A DNA stretch of 33,775 bases from Octopus bimaculoides (taxonomy: Eukaryota): contig NC_068985.1 of the NCBI RefSeq assembly GCF_001194135.2, forward strand, positions 94,934,122 through 94,967,896, given 5' to 3'. The notes under the pieces were generated by a model. It did no database searches and was not told where the DNA came from. It saw only the letters and a program-made list of their open reading frames with translations. Below are positions 1 through 10,523 of the stretch, one piece after another. Made by a program: the position numbers and the translations under genes. Numbering within the stretch: the stretch's first letter is position 1; every line of letters begins with the position of its first letter.

Positions 1-1726
1 ATATATACCATCTTATATATTACGTATAAATCTATATATTTTGGCGAACCACATCTGTGTATGCATGCACTTGTGCCGAATCACTTCTATATGATTACAA
101 ATGTGTTTATATCAAGTATAAATGAGAAATTCTCTATGCATATATACGAGTTCGTTTTGAATGATTTGAACATAAATATATCCATAAACTAAAATTGAAG
201 TGCAGCAATCCCACATGTCCATTAATATTGCTTACTGTTGTTATCACTATATATATTACTTGTTAGAATATTGTTATTGTTGTTGGTGGTAGTGTTTTTA
301 TGTTTTTAATTTATTCTGTTTACGTTGTATTTTTTTTCTATTTCTTCTTCTTGAATGAAGCTATCTGAATCTCTTATGGTTTCCTTTTCCCTTTTACAAA
401 ACGAAAATGGAAACAGAAGTATTCAAATACCTTTTGAATAGCTAGAATAGATATTTTTGTTTCAACCTTATTTCTCGGTGTAATATACAAGAATATTTAG
501 TTACAAAACTGCAATTTACGTTAACTCATGTGAAATGTAGCAATACACGTTGTTGATAAAAATGATTTGAATGCGTTCACCGTCTCGTATATTACATTCC
601 GTAGGATTTAGTGTGTGGTATACATCGGTATGAATTCACGTTACTTCAATGTCACAAAAATTTTAATTTCTCTTCAATATTCGTATGTTATTTTATTTCT
701 ATTTTGTACTTAACACAACTATTATATAAAATAATTGTTTCCGAATATATCTTACGATTATTTAGTTATTTATCATCTCTTTTCTAATTAATATATTGAA
801 ATTTATGCAAATTTGGAATTGCTACAAATTTCAGTGCTTATATTTGTGCTCTGAAATGGTTAACTTCCGTTGCCTCACACGCAAGCATACACACACTTCG
901 TCATGCTATATCCTGACTAAATTAGAATATAAAAATTACAGAGATATTTATTGTTCATTTCTTTTTAACCTGAGACATTCCAGATGAATGAAAATCACAT
1001 ATTCATTTTCCTCTCGATGTTGTTTCAAATATGCATTTGCTTGTCACTCGCTCTCGTTCACAGAAAGAAATATGTGCACAACCACGATTTCAATATGGTC
1101 TCGACCAACCATTGCACTTTTCAGGTGATATACTGTTATTGTTATTGGTTGTTTTATAAAAGTCATAAACATTGTTCCTTGTGTATAGACTCAAAGTCAT
1201 ACTGATAATAAGCATGTCGTTTATTAAGGAACATCGCGGTTTATATGATCGGATATGCACCATACTTATTAAAAACATAATACGAAAAAATGCTTACTGC
1301 CATCATATTGCATACCGTTTTGTCTGGTTCAGTCTGACATTCTTATGGTTCAATAGGTTTTTCCAGTCAGATTTTTATTTGAACCTTATTCAAGTTCTAA
1401 GTGTTTTGTCAGCCTATGAATTACTCATTAATATATGAAACGCAACATAAAGACAAATAGAATTTTCCAGATCAAAAATATTCAACATCAATTACTACTA
1501 AGGTTCATACTTGAATAGATGTTCAAATAAATGCACAGCTTATTTCCTTTAATTTTACTGTTACAAACTTATTAGCTCTTAATTAACATCTGTCTAAGAG
1601 TCGATGCAAAAAGGAAAGCAACAATACATGTAACAGGAGAACTTACGCAGAGGACATTTTTAACGGAGATAAATGTGGCAAATATCACACTCTGAACTCA
1701 GGTTAGCGGATTTATATACTTATATT

Positions 1727-1784
1727 ATATACACATACATATATACATACATATATACATACATACATACATACATTCATACAT
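1727..1784. repeat. (TACA)n/(TA)n microsatellite
   Basis: Direct reading: imperfect atac/tata repeats. Confidence 0.9.
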
Positions 1785-2480
1785 GGATGGTTAACTACAA
1801 CAATAAAATGTAAGGAGAAAAATAAGATTACACCTCACAAACTCTACCTTAGACAAAAATTAACGACCCTTTATGGCAACTCATCACACTGAGCTCTTGA
1901 GGGAAAGCTAATCACTTTAAAACATGAACTCAGGACGATGTGCGAGAAACCCCGCTACTGCAAGCGAATTTTTGAACGATCCAGTACAAATCGCAAATTC
2001 GCTTCCAATCTACAAGCATTATACACAGAAATGAGGAAGAAAATTATTANNNNNNNNNNNNNNNNNNNNNNNNNNNNNNNNNNNNNNNNNNNNNNNNNNN
2101 NNNNNNNNNNNNNNNNNNNNNNNNNNNNNNNNNNNNNNNNNNNNNNNNNNNNNNNNNNNNNNNNNNNNNNNNNNNNNNNNNNNNNNNNNNNNNNNNNNNN
2201 NNNNNNNNNNNNAAGGAGATCTACATTCATTCTGGTCAAAAATTTGGAACGAAAAGAGGGATTTCAACCTGAATGCATGATGGTTAAATACAATTCAGAG
2301 AGAATACTGTACCAACACTAACAGTAAAGCATACAAAATTGATGCAGAAACCTTCGCAATAGCAGTAGACAAACTGCAGATTGGGAAGGTATGTGGAAGT
2401 GGCCTAACAGTTGAATATTGGTAAAAGAAACTGACATTTTGTAGAAACCAATTGATATGTATGTTCAAAAGCGTGGTGAT
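1785..2480 (+). mobile_element. Decayed R4/Dong-like non-LTR retrotransposon fragment (region just N-terminal to and entering the RT domain), interrupted by an N gap
   Basis: Manual translation gives GWLTTTIKCKEKNKITPHKLYLRQKLTTLYGNSSH*ALEGKLITLKHELRTMCEKPRYCKRIFERSSTNRKFASNLQALYTEMRKK, then after the gap DLHSFWSKIWNEKRDFNLNA*WLNTIQREYC...KLQIGKVCGSGLTVEYW*KKLTFCRNQLICMF. This resembles the FW..IW...N..A.W and K.PGPD.I..YW.K.L motifs preceding RT in R4-clade elements. In-frame stops indicate a dead copy. Confidence 0.6.
2050..2212. other. Assembly gap (others at 3120-3482, 5456-5848, 13997-14511, 20004-20049, 22440-23361, 26800-27147, 30995-31162)
   Basis: N runs, mostly abutting microsatellites or young repeats. 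Confidence 1.
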
Positions 2481-2778
2481 GTGCCGAACAATTTTTAATA
2501 AACAAGGCTGAAATGTCTGAAGTAAAAAAAAAAAAAGGTAAAAACTTGTGACAGTGTGGCTTGAACCACTTGCTACCGACAAAAATGTGGAATTACTACG
2601 GAAAAAAAAATAGTCCCAGTTCTTGCAAGTCTAGTAATGGGATATTTTGAATTCACTATGTTAGTACAACTATTGCGTTGATCTCTTAGATAGATCAACG
2701 CTATAGCTGATCTCTCTAAGATATAATATATATATATATCTTTGTGTGTGTATATATGCTCCCACGTTTGTGGATAGG

Positions 2779-3119
2779 TGTTGTTGTTGGCACTCCCTCG
2801 CTTACGACGTCGAGGGTTCCAGTTGATCCGATCAACGGAACAGCCTGCTCGTGAAACTAACGTGCAAGTGGCTGAGCACTCCACAGACACGTGTACCCTT
2901 AACGTAGTTCTCGAGGATATTCAGCGTGACACACAGTGAGACAAGGTTGCACCTTTGAATTACAGGTACAAGAGAAACAGGAAGTAAGAGAAAGTTGTTG
3001 AGAAAGAGTACAGCAGGGTTCACCACCATCCTCTGCCGGAGCCTTGTGGAGCTTTAGGTGTTTTCGCTCAATAAACACTCACAACGCCCGGTCTGGGAAT
3101 CGAAACAACGATCCTATGA
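2779..3119 (-). mobile_element. tRNA-derived SINE (octopus-type), 5' head lost in the N gap
   Basis: Minus strand reads tcataggatcgttGTTTCGATTCCcagaccggg (B-box-like), then the body, then a 3' tail with a gttgatcggatcaac hairpin and (CAA)n end. The first bases match the SINE head seen at 18917-18982. Confidence 0.8.
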
Positions 3120-3482
3120 NNNNNNNNNNNNNNNNNNNNNNNNNNNNNNNNNNNNNNNNNNNNNNNNNNNNNNNNNNNNNNNNNNNNNNNNNNNNNNNNN
3201 NNNNNNNNNNNNNNNNNNNNNNNNNNNNNNNNNNNNNNNNNNNNNNNNNNNNNNNNNNNNNNNNNNNNNNNNNNNNNNNNNNNNNNNNNNNNNNNNNNNN
3301 NNNNNNNNNNNNNNNNNNNNNNNNNNNNNNNNNNNNNNNNNNNNNNNNNNNNNNNNNNNNNNNNNNNNNNNNNNNNNNNNNNNNNNNNNNNNNNNNNNNN
3401 NNNNNNNNNNNNNNNNNNNNNNNNNNNNNNNNNNNNNNNNNNNNNNNNNNNNNNNNNNNNNNNNNNNNNNNNNNNNNNNNNN

Positions 3483-3523
<41 letters not shown>

Positions 3524-3553
3524 CACATACACACGCAGGCACACATATATATG
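3483..3553. repeat. (TA)n plus CA-rich microsatellite at gap edge
   Basis: Direct reading. Confidence 0.95.
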
Positions 3554-4325
3554 TGTGTACGTAGGAGGGATTAACGGAGTAATATATGAAGGAGCTAAAT
3601 CAATTATGAATATATTTTGAAAATGTAATGACGAATCTCGAGTAATCCTTGAAATCTGATATCGTATAAATAATTCTCCAATAATCATATAATCCGTAAG
3701 ATACTAACAGTTTATATATCGCGATTGATATCGCGCATGCGCAATCATAAACATGCATCAAACTATACAGATACTGGTTAAAAATATCATTGCTTTTGGA
3801 ATCAATGCATGATGAAATCTATCGCAAATATTAATTCATAACGTACGAAATTAACCATATGGTGTTACATCATTTCCATAAAACTGTAGTTTTATTCCAG
3901 TTTTCTAGCCCCTTTCTTGGCAACATCGAATTCATTGCTCAAGCAACCTTTGATTTATCATCTAACAACCCAAGAAAGCATTCATTGCCTGCAGTGATTT
4001 CAACGCGGCATTATGTTTCCTGGTACTTCTAGTGCCCAGCTTTTATTTCAGTTAAACGATAGGTACACATACATAATGATATGCATGTATAATATATGTG
4101 TGTGTGTGTGTTGTGGGGAGATGTTCTAGATAATCAAATACTAGCGCTGTACTGAATGAAATTAATTCACAGCTCATTAATTTCTGAAATTACTTTTCAG
4201 AGACAGAAAACTTCCCTACGTTACCTACGCATCAATGCAAACAGATACACTGAAATACATATATTTTGCTGCACACTAACATGCAATGGTTCATATTCAT
4301 GCTGGCGTTTATGAGCGTGTGTAAC

Positions 4326-4426
4326 TGCGCACACACACACACATTTTTGTATGTATAAACCCCCCACACATAAAGATATCTACACTCACACACACGCACA
4401 CGCGCACAACACACACACTCACACAT

Positions 4427-4471
<45 letters not shown>

Positions 4472-4478
4472 CACATAT
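4326..4478. repeat. Compound (CA)n/(CG) microsatellite
   Basis: Direct reading: interrupted CA runs. Confidence 0.9.
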
Positions 4479-4880
4479 ATCTTTGTGTGTGTATTTAAGC
4501 ATATTATTGTATAAATTGATGTTGTCTGTATGTATATATGTTCACAATCATATAAAAGATCATATTTCGCCTATCATTCACTTATTTTGCGAGAAGTACA
4601 ACACAACCTTCGTTCTTAGCTTTCGTTAAAGATTAATTACAATGATTTAATATTTATTATGTGTTCGAAATGAAAATGTTTACACTTGAAGTGGAAAATA
4701 AAAATGGAAATAGATCTGTCTAATATGAACTGTCGCATCGATTAGCATATTCATGATTATTCATAATCAAATTGAAAACCTCATCGTTGAATCAAATCGT
4801 ATTGCCTACAGAGACCGTCGGTGCACAATAAACAAAACCTTCACCCTCCATCTTTTCCAGTCATTTAAAAAAATTATTTT

Positions 4881-5166
4881 AGCATAGTGGTTAGAGTGTT
4901 GCACTGACTATCCCGAGTTCTTGATTTCTATTCCTAGATTGGGTGGTGCGTTGCGTTCTTGAGCAAAACAATTCACCTCGCGTTGCTCTGCAATCACTTC
5001 AACACGTGACGCGTGGTACACTGGGCACCTATTCAGACAAAGTCGATTTGGTGGCGAGAGTGAGCTAATGTGTGGCACGAACATTAGTCAATATAAAGAA
5101 ATAATCTTTTGCAGGTCGTTCGGCAACGGCTGAACGCTCATACACCGTTTTCGACAGGAGAGTCTG
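4881..5166 (+). mobile_element. tRNA-derived SINE with CORE-like central segment, ending in a (TTA)n tail
   Basis: A-box-like agcatagTGGTTAGAGTG, degenerate B-box region (gagttcttgatttctattcc), then gcgttgcgttcttgagcaaaacaattcacc resembling the CORE-type GTG.CCTTG.GCAAG.CACTT segment. The 3' end runs into (TTA)n. Confidence 0.65.
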
Positions 5167-5187
5167 TTATTATTATTATTATTATTA

Positions 5188-5237
<50 letters not shown>
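5167..5237. repeat. (TTA)n microsatellite
   Basis: Direct reading, about 23 units with one ttg variant. Confidence 0.97.
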
Positions 5238-6018
5238 GTTCAGTAGTTTTATTTTTATAACGTGCTTTCATTTCACTACCGAGCGCAGCTCTGTGCGCCT
5301 TGGGTATGTGCTGTGGTTTGCTGTGGTGCTCTTATGTTTACTGTATTGAAAGTGTTTTGCGTAGAATGTGTGCAAGTAGTGCAATTTTCTGTATGTTATA
5401 TATATTTGTAAGTCCTGGTGTTTTTGTTATGTATTTGTCTGAATATTTTTTTATTNNNNNNNNNNNNNNNNNNNNNNNNNNNNNNNNNNNNNNNNNNNNN
5501 NNNNNNNNNNNNNNNNNNNNNNNNNNNNNNNNNNNNNNNNNNNNNNNNNNNNNNNNNNNNNNNNNNNNNNNNNNNNNNNNNNNNNNNNNNNNNNNNNNNN
5601 NNNNNNNNNNNNNNNNNNNNNNNNNNNNNNNNNNNNNNNNNNNNNNNNNNNNNNNNNNNNNNNNNNNNNNNNNNNNNNNNNNNNNNNNNNNNNNNNNNNN
5701 NNNNNNNNNNNNNNNNNNNNNNNNNNNNNNNNNNNNNNNNNNNNNNNNNNNNNNNNNNNNNNNNNNNNNNNNNNNNNNNNNNNNNNNNNNNNNNNNNNNN
5801 NNNNNNNNNNNNNNNNNNNNNNNNNNNNNNNNNNNNNNNNNNNNNNNNTTGTGCAGCAATTAAAAATCCTTCAGTCTCTGCTTTGAGTCCTGCGCTTCTC
5901 AGCCATTGCTGGGATTTTTCTCTGTCTATTTCTTTCGCATTTAGTTTAGCCTAGTATTTACCATGTAGGGGCTTTTCTTGCCATCGTTTTATCATGGTCC
6001 GTTGCTGTTCTAGTTTTA

Positions 6019-6019
<1 letters not shown>
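5238..6019 (-). mobile_element. 5'-truncated R4/Dong-like retrotransposon (copy 1), flanked on both sides by (TAA)n
   Basis: 6019-5849 translates KLEQQRTMIKRWQEKPLHGKY*AKLNAKEIDREKSQQWLRSAGLKAETEGFLIAAQ, the conserved block before the CCHC finger. After the gap, IKKYSDKYITKTPGLTNIYNIQKIALLAHILRKTLSIQ* (stop 5338-5340) is an RLE-type C-terminus, followed by a ~100-bp 3' UTR and then (TAA)n. The zinc finger and endonuclease core would lie inside the 393-N gap. Confidence 0.85.

Positions 6020-6063
<44 letters not shown>
6020..6063. repeat. (TTA)n microsatellite between two retrotransposon copies
   Basis: Direct reading, about 15 units. Confidence 0.97.
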
Positions 6064-6510
6064 GCTATTTATTTTATTTTTCAATTAGCATCTTCCTTTA
6101 ATTCTGTTTCCATTTCTTGCCGAGTGTCTTCCTGACACATAGGACAGAGAAGCGTACCTTATACATTGGTAGGTTATTAAGATACACACACTAGATGTTT
6201 CATTTACAAAGTCATACGATTGAGAAAGATGAGAAGACAGAGAGAAAAAAGGAAAAAAACTAAAAAAAAATTGAAAAGTAAAGTAACGAAAAACAGAAAA
6301 GGAAAGGAACGAAAATTCACAGCGACAATGCTCTTCTCAATCCGTGTGACGTACCGTTTAAGACAATATTGTGAACTTCCAGCATGGATGATAAGTCAGA
6401 GATCGTTCTTAAATAATTTCCAGTTCATCTTTTGATCATTCCAGCTGCTCATATAATCACTGGTATTATAACCGTTTTGAGACACCACATATTTTTGATT
6501 TCTTTATACA
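6064..6510 (-). mobile_element. R4/Dong-like retrotransposon 3' end (copy 2, different family)
   Basis: Translates KEIKNMWCLKTVIIPVII*AAGMIKR*TGNYLRTISDLSSMLEVHNIVLNGTSHGLRRALSL* (stop 6317-6319), matching the EI..MW...T..IPVI.GALG...IVL.GT.H.LRR.L pattern. A ~250-bp 3' UTR runs into (TAA)n. Confidence 0.75.
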
Positions 6511-7148
6511 GATTCAATAGATGTTCACACGGAACCAACGTTGGAGTGTTTTCACCCTTGTCGCCAGCAGAGGTCCGAATATGTTTTAGGGAAGTCTGAC
6601 TTAATACTGTAATTAAAGAGGGTGATGGTAGATTTTGAAGAGAACTGATTTAGTTTTTTCCGTTTCAATTATCAATAAGAGTATATAAACACCGTTGATG
6701 TTTTTTACAGCATTAAATGAAGCTTAGGTGTGCTTTACAGTTTTCGTAATATTGCAGTGTGTAATTTGTCACTCGCTTATCTTCTCTGTGTGTTATCAGT
6801 TCTGGAAAATGTTCTGAGTTTTGAGTTTTTGTGGTAATTGAATTCTTTCTGGACATGAAAGATGTGTGTGTGTGTGCCTGTGCGAAGTGATGGATTAAGA
6901 CATTTTGTATTCACAGACAGTCTTTATTTCGAAGTTGTGTAAGTTAAGGCAGTCGGAGGCATTTAAGAGTGTTCTTGTGATAAAAAACGAAATATGTTTG
7001 CATATTCGAATAACCACGAAAAACAAATGAGATACTCACAAGAAATTGTCGATATTGATAGTCTTAATGTTATACGAAAGGGGAGATTTGAATGTTCGGA
7101 GAGAAAACATTGTATATACTCATGCTTTTCAAGTTATTTTGAAAGAGG

Positions 7149-7168
7149 GTCGTCATCGTCATTATCAC

Positions 7169-7231
<63 letters not shown>

Positions 7232-7272
7232 TATCACCACCATCACCATCATCATCATCATCATCATCATCA

Positions 7273-7345
<73 letters not shown>
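7149..7345. repeat. Compound microsatellite (ATC/ACC)n followed by (ATT)n
   Basis: Direct reading: CAT repeats to about 7275, then about 23 TTA units. Confidence 0.97.
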
Positions 7346-7347
<2 letters not shown>

Positions 7348-8100
7348 GATAACTCACAGCTTATATTGCTGGGTGTGATGCAAAGTGTCAGCTGTCCACA
7401 GCCAGCAGACTTAGATGGCAGTTGTTAACTGGTCATGTATCAAAAGCCCTGCGAGCAGTTTTTGCAGTTCCAAGCAATGTTGATTCTTTTGTTGTTATTC
7501 AACCTTCACACATGCACCAGTCTTTTTCGGCCATATTGATAGTTGAGTGCTGATACGTCCGAGTGCACCATTTCCTATTGGTATCACAATTACTCTCTTC
7601 ATTGACCGCAACCTTCGTATTTTCTACTTCAAATCATCATAGATATCTATTTTTTCTTCCTCTTTCACATTGATCTTGTTGTCACCGGGGCATGCTATGT
7701 CGATTAACATGCATGTTCATTCTTTTTTATTCACCGCAGCAACGCCCGGTTTCCGATGTCTGGTCAGGTGATCGCACTGGATCTTTGCACCCCATAAGAT
7801 TTTGCAATTCTTTTTTCGCTGACACCTTCTGGAGTTTTGTCATACCATGTCTTTGATCTTTGTAGGTCGAGGTTTCCCCAGAGCTCCCAATGGATCATAT
7901 TCCTACATTGTCATGACGTCTTTTGTATTCGCTTAGTGCCAGTTTCGGGCATTCGCTAACGATATGACATTCCTTTTCATCTCTCTCATCACACATTCTA
8001 CATTTGTCGCTGTCGGTAGTGTCATCTATTCTGCCCTTCATATAGTTGGTCCTTAACGTTTGTACCTGAACTCGAGCCCCCACTTTTTGCACGGTTTCGA
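7346..8100 (-). mobile_element. 5'-truncated R4/Dong-like retrotransposon (copy 3) with CCHC finger and restriction-like endonuclease remnants
   Basis: QTLRTNYMKGRIDDTTDSDKCRMCDERDEKECHIVSECPKLALSEYKRRHDNVG (C-x2-C...H-x4-C finger). With frameshifts it continues IHWELW...WYDKTPEGV, CKILWGAKIQCDHLTRHRKPGVAAVNKKE*TCMLIDIACPGD (decayed PD-(D/E)xK), KEEEKIDIYDDLK*KIRRL...VIPIGNGALG, and STLLGTAKTARRAFDT* (stop 7433-7435). An ~87-bp 3' UTR is followed by (TAA)n. Confidence 0.9.
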
Positions 8101-8216
8101 ATATACCACTTTCGCTACCTATTTTCATTTCTATTATTTTTATTCTGAAAGACTGCTGGATAGTTCTTAATTACCCGTTATTCTTTAATTGAAAGCAAGT
8201 AATAACAAACCACAAA

Positions 8217-8365
8217 AGGTTTCCTTGTATCTGAGCTAAGTAGGAATCAGCCCCTTTTGCTGTTATTGTTAGGGCACCAATGACTACAAGTATTGTCTTG
8301 AGGTTTCACATTTTACCAATTTCTATTTAAAGATCTTTATAGTTGCTCAGATTTTAGTAGGTCTT
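8217..8365 (-). mobile_element. Short internal fragment of a fourth R4/Dong-like element (endonuclease region)
   Basis: Translates KTY*NLSNYKDL*IEIGKM*NLKTILVVIGALTITAKGADSYLAQIQGN, matching K..KYKDL.IEI..MW...PVVIGALG. The three stops are each one substitution from Q, E or W codons. Confidence 0.7.
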
Positions 8366-8422
8366 GAATGATACATATATGTCGATTCGAACAGTTATAT
8401 CAATGAGGTGGTACGAATTTTG

Positions 8423-8458
8423 TATTATTATTATTATAATTTTTTATTATTATTATTA
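8423..8458. repeat. Degenerate (TTA)n tract
   Basis: Direct reading: two interrupted TTA runs. Confidence 0.8.
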
Positions 8459-9420
8459 CTTTTTTTAGCAACATTATTATCTCTTCAATGACACTGAGAT
8501 TTTTATGTTTATAATTGCTTAAGACGTTATTGATTAAAAAGGAAATTTAGTGCCATCTATATTATGAGGTAGCTGTTTAATATTCTCAACTGGACAACCA
8601 AGTGATAACATTTATGACAGAATAGTCACACATATTTCACACCTCTGAACGGTAAATGAGAAGTAAGCATGAGATGTGCCAAGCTTTCGTGCGACAGTAA
8701 AATCTTCCTTGATACGTAAAGAAAAAAAAATGCTTTTAGCAAATACGTTTATGAGAAACATAGACTGAAATTCGAAGGTGTTAACTCTGGCCTACCACGA
8801 AGGGAGTATTGCAATAAGGCAGTGTGACCGAAGATCAACAGCGCTATAAGTAATAATAAGAACGGCAACACTAACAGCTAACACATTTACAGAGCAATAT
8901 CAAGAAGATATATATTTGGTTAGGAGCCAAAGCAAAAGGAAAAATATAAGAATGATATGTATAAAAAACAAATTAATATATGTCATTGATAATAAAAGTT
9001 CAGAATGTATCAGTGAAATATCGAACAAAATATACTTCAGTAGTTTTTTCCGCAACGTTATTATGGGTCAAACATTTGGAAGTAGCATCTAAATCTCACT
9101 TGATTCACACTAGAATATTCCGTTTGATACTCCAGTCCTGGTTTATTTCAACACACGGATCAATTGATAGCCATCCATGTTCAGAGTTAGGGGAGAAAAA
9201 TTTCATCCCAAATAGCAGTAGTAACAAATATAAAGAACCTAAAACGATAAGAAAAAAAATCTTTTTTGAAAACCCTGACAGGATCTTAATATTGCTTTGA
9301 TTAAAAGTCGAACATTTACTACTGGCGACAGAATATATAAACCTTTGGATTTACAGTAACTCAAAATTTTTATCGTATTTTGCAACATTGCTGAGACTCC
9401 CTCAATCCATTCGTCCATCC

Positions 9421-9501
9421 AAGAAGAAGAAGAAGAAGAAGAAGAAGAAGAAGAAGAAGAAGAAGAAGAAGAAGAAGAAGAAGAAGAAGAAGAAGAAGAA
9501 G
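9421..9501. repeat. Perfect (AAG)27 microsatellite
   Basis: Direct reading; source of the poly-K ORF. Confidence 0.98.
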
Positions 9502-10410
9502 ATCAATTTTATTGAAAATTTCTGCGAAAAGCACTTAAAGTACATAATTTCACTGCAAAGAACAATTTAAATTTTGTACCTCAAGAAAAGAATCTGTAAG
9601 AGGAGAAATCGTAGTCATAGATGTTTTTGTGTTGATTTCCTGCGGAATTTCCTTATATATAATATACGTATAATGATATTACTGCCCAAGTGGCATTGTT
9701 CTCTGTACCTATTTACCTTAGTGAATGTTCCTTTAAACATTGCTATAGAGTGGTTGATGACCCTCGGTAGATATTTCATATATTTATGTCTAAATCTTTT
9801 TTATAAGATAGATTCTTTAAATATCCATGCATTTGTGAATCTCCAAGTGTTTTTTATAACAGCAGTGTCATCACTGAACACTGAAAACTTAGAAATTAAT
9901 ATTTATGATACACTTCTCCATTTCTCATACTACTACTGAAGAGTTACTGTGATATCTACATACGTTGCACATGAAAAGAATCTTTATACGAATTTCGTAT
10001 TATCGACAGAAGCAGTCATTGTAACGAATGTTAATTAGGACATCTAACGTTATTTTAATATGCAGTTTAGAACGCCGTGAATTGCAGTAAGCGTCACAAG
10101 ACATCATTCATGTAGACAACAAATGCTAAAGTGTATACTTTATAACGATGGAAATTGATAATTAACGTGATACAACCCCACAGGTATATGGCAATTCATT
10201 TTTATTCTCAAAAGTACGTATTTAAATGATAGAATATCTATTGTGAATCTTAAGCAGAATTTGTTCACGATTTTAATACAAGCAAAGAAGAATCGAGTGT
10301 TGAATACAAGAAATATGTATTACACATCGTTTTCCACGTAGATTTACATATACAGTTGCTGAAATTATTTCTTAACGGTCAACTCTCATTTCGACTGATA
10401 TTTTAAGTAA

Positions 10411-10523
10411 CCTTTCATCCTTTCGGGGTCGATAAATTAAGTATTAGTTGCGTACAGGTGTCGATGTAATCGACTGGCCCCCTACACCCAATTTTCGGGC
10501 TTTGTGCCTAGAATGGAAAAAAA
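10411..10523 (+). mobile_element. 3' half of a cephalopod-type SINE
   Basis: cctttcatcctttcggggtcgataaattaagt...gtcgatgtaatcgactggcccc...ctttgtgcctagaatggaaaa resembles the conserved central domain and tail of common octopus SINEs as I recall them. The SINE superfamily (Meta/Ceph/Nin) is not verified. Confidence 0.7.

Noticed and set aside
6520-7140. Faint RT-like phrases on the minus strand (KTKSVLFK, EIKTVCEYK)
   Set aside because: Too short and discontinuous to assign.
6994-7428. ORFs with poly-S/L, poly-H/Y and poly-I/M runs
   Set aside because: Translations of the (ATC)n(ATT)n microsatellite in different frames.
9388-9570. Poly-lysine ORF
   Set aside because: It is the (AAG)27 tract, with no coding context or splice support.
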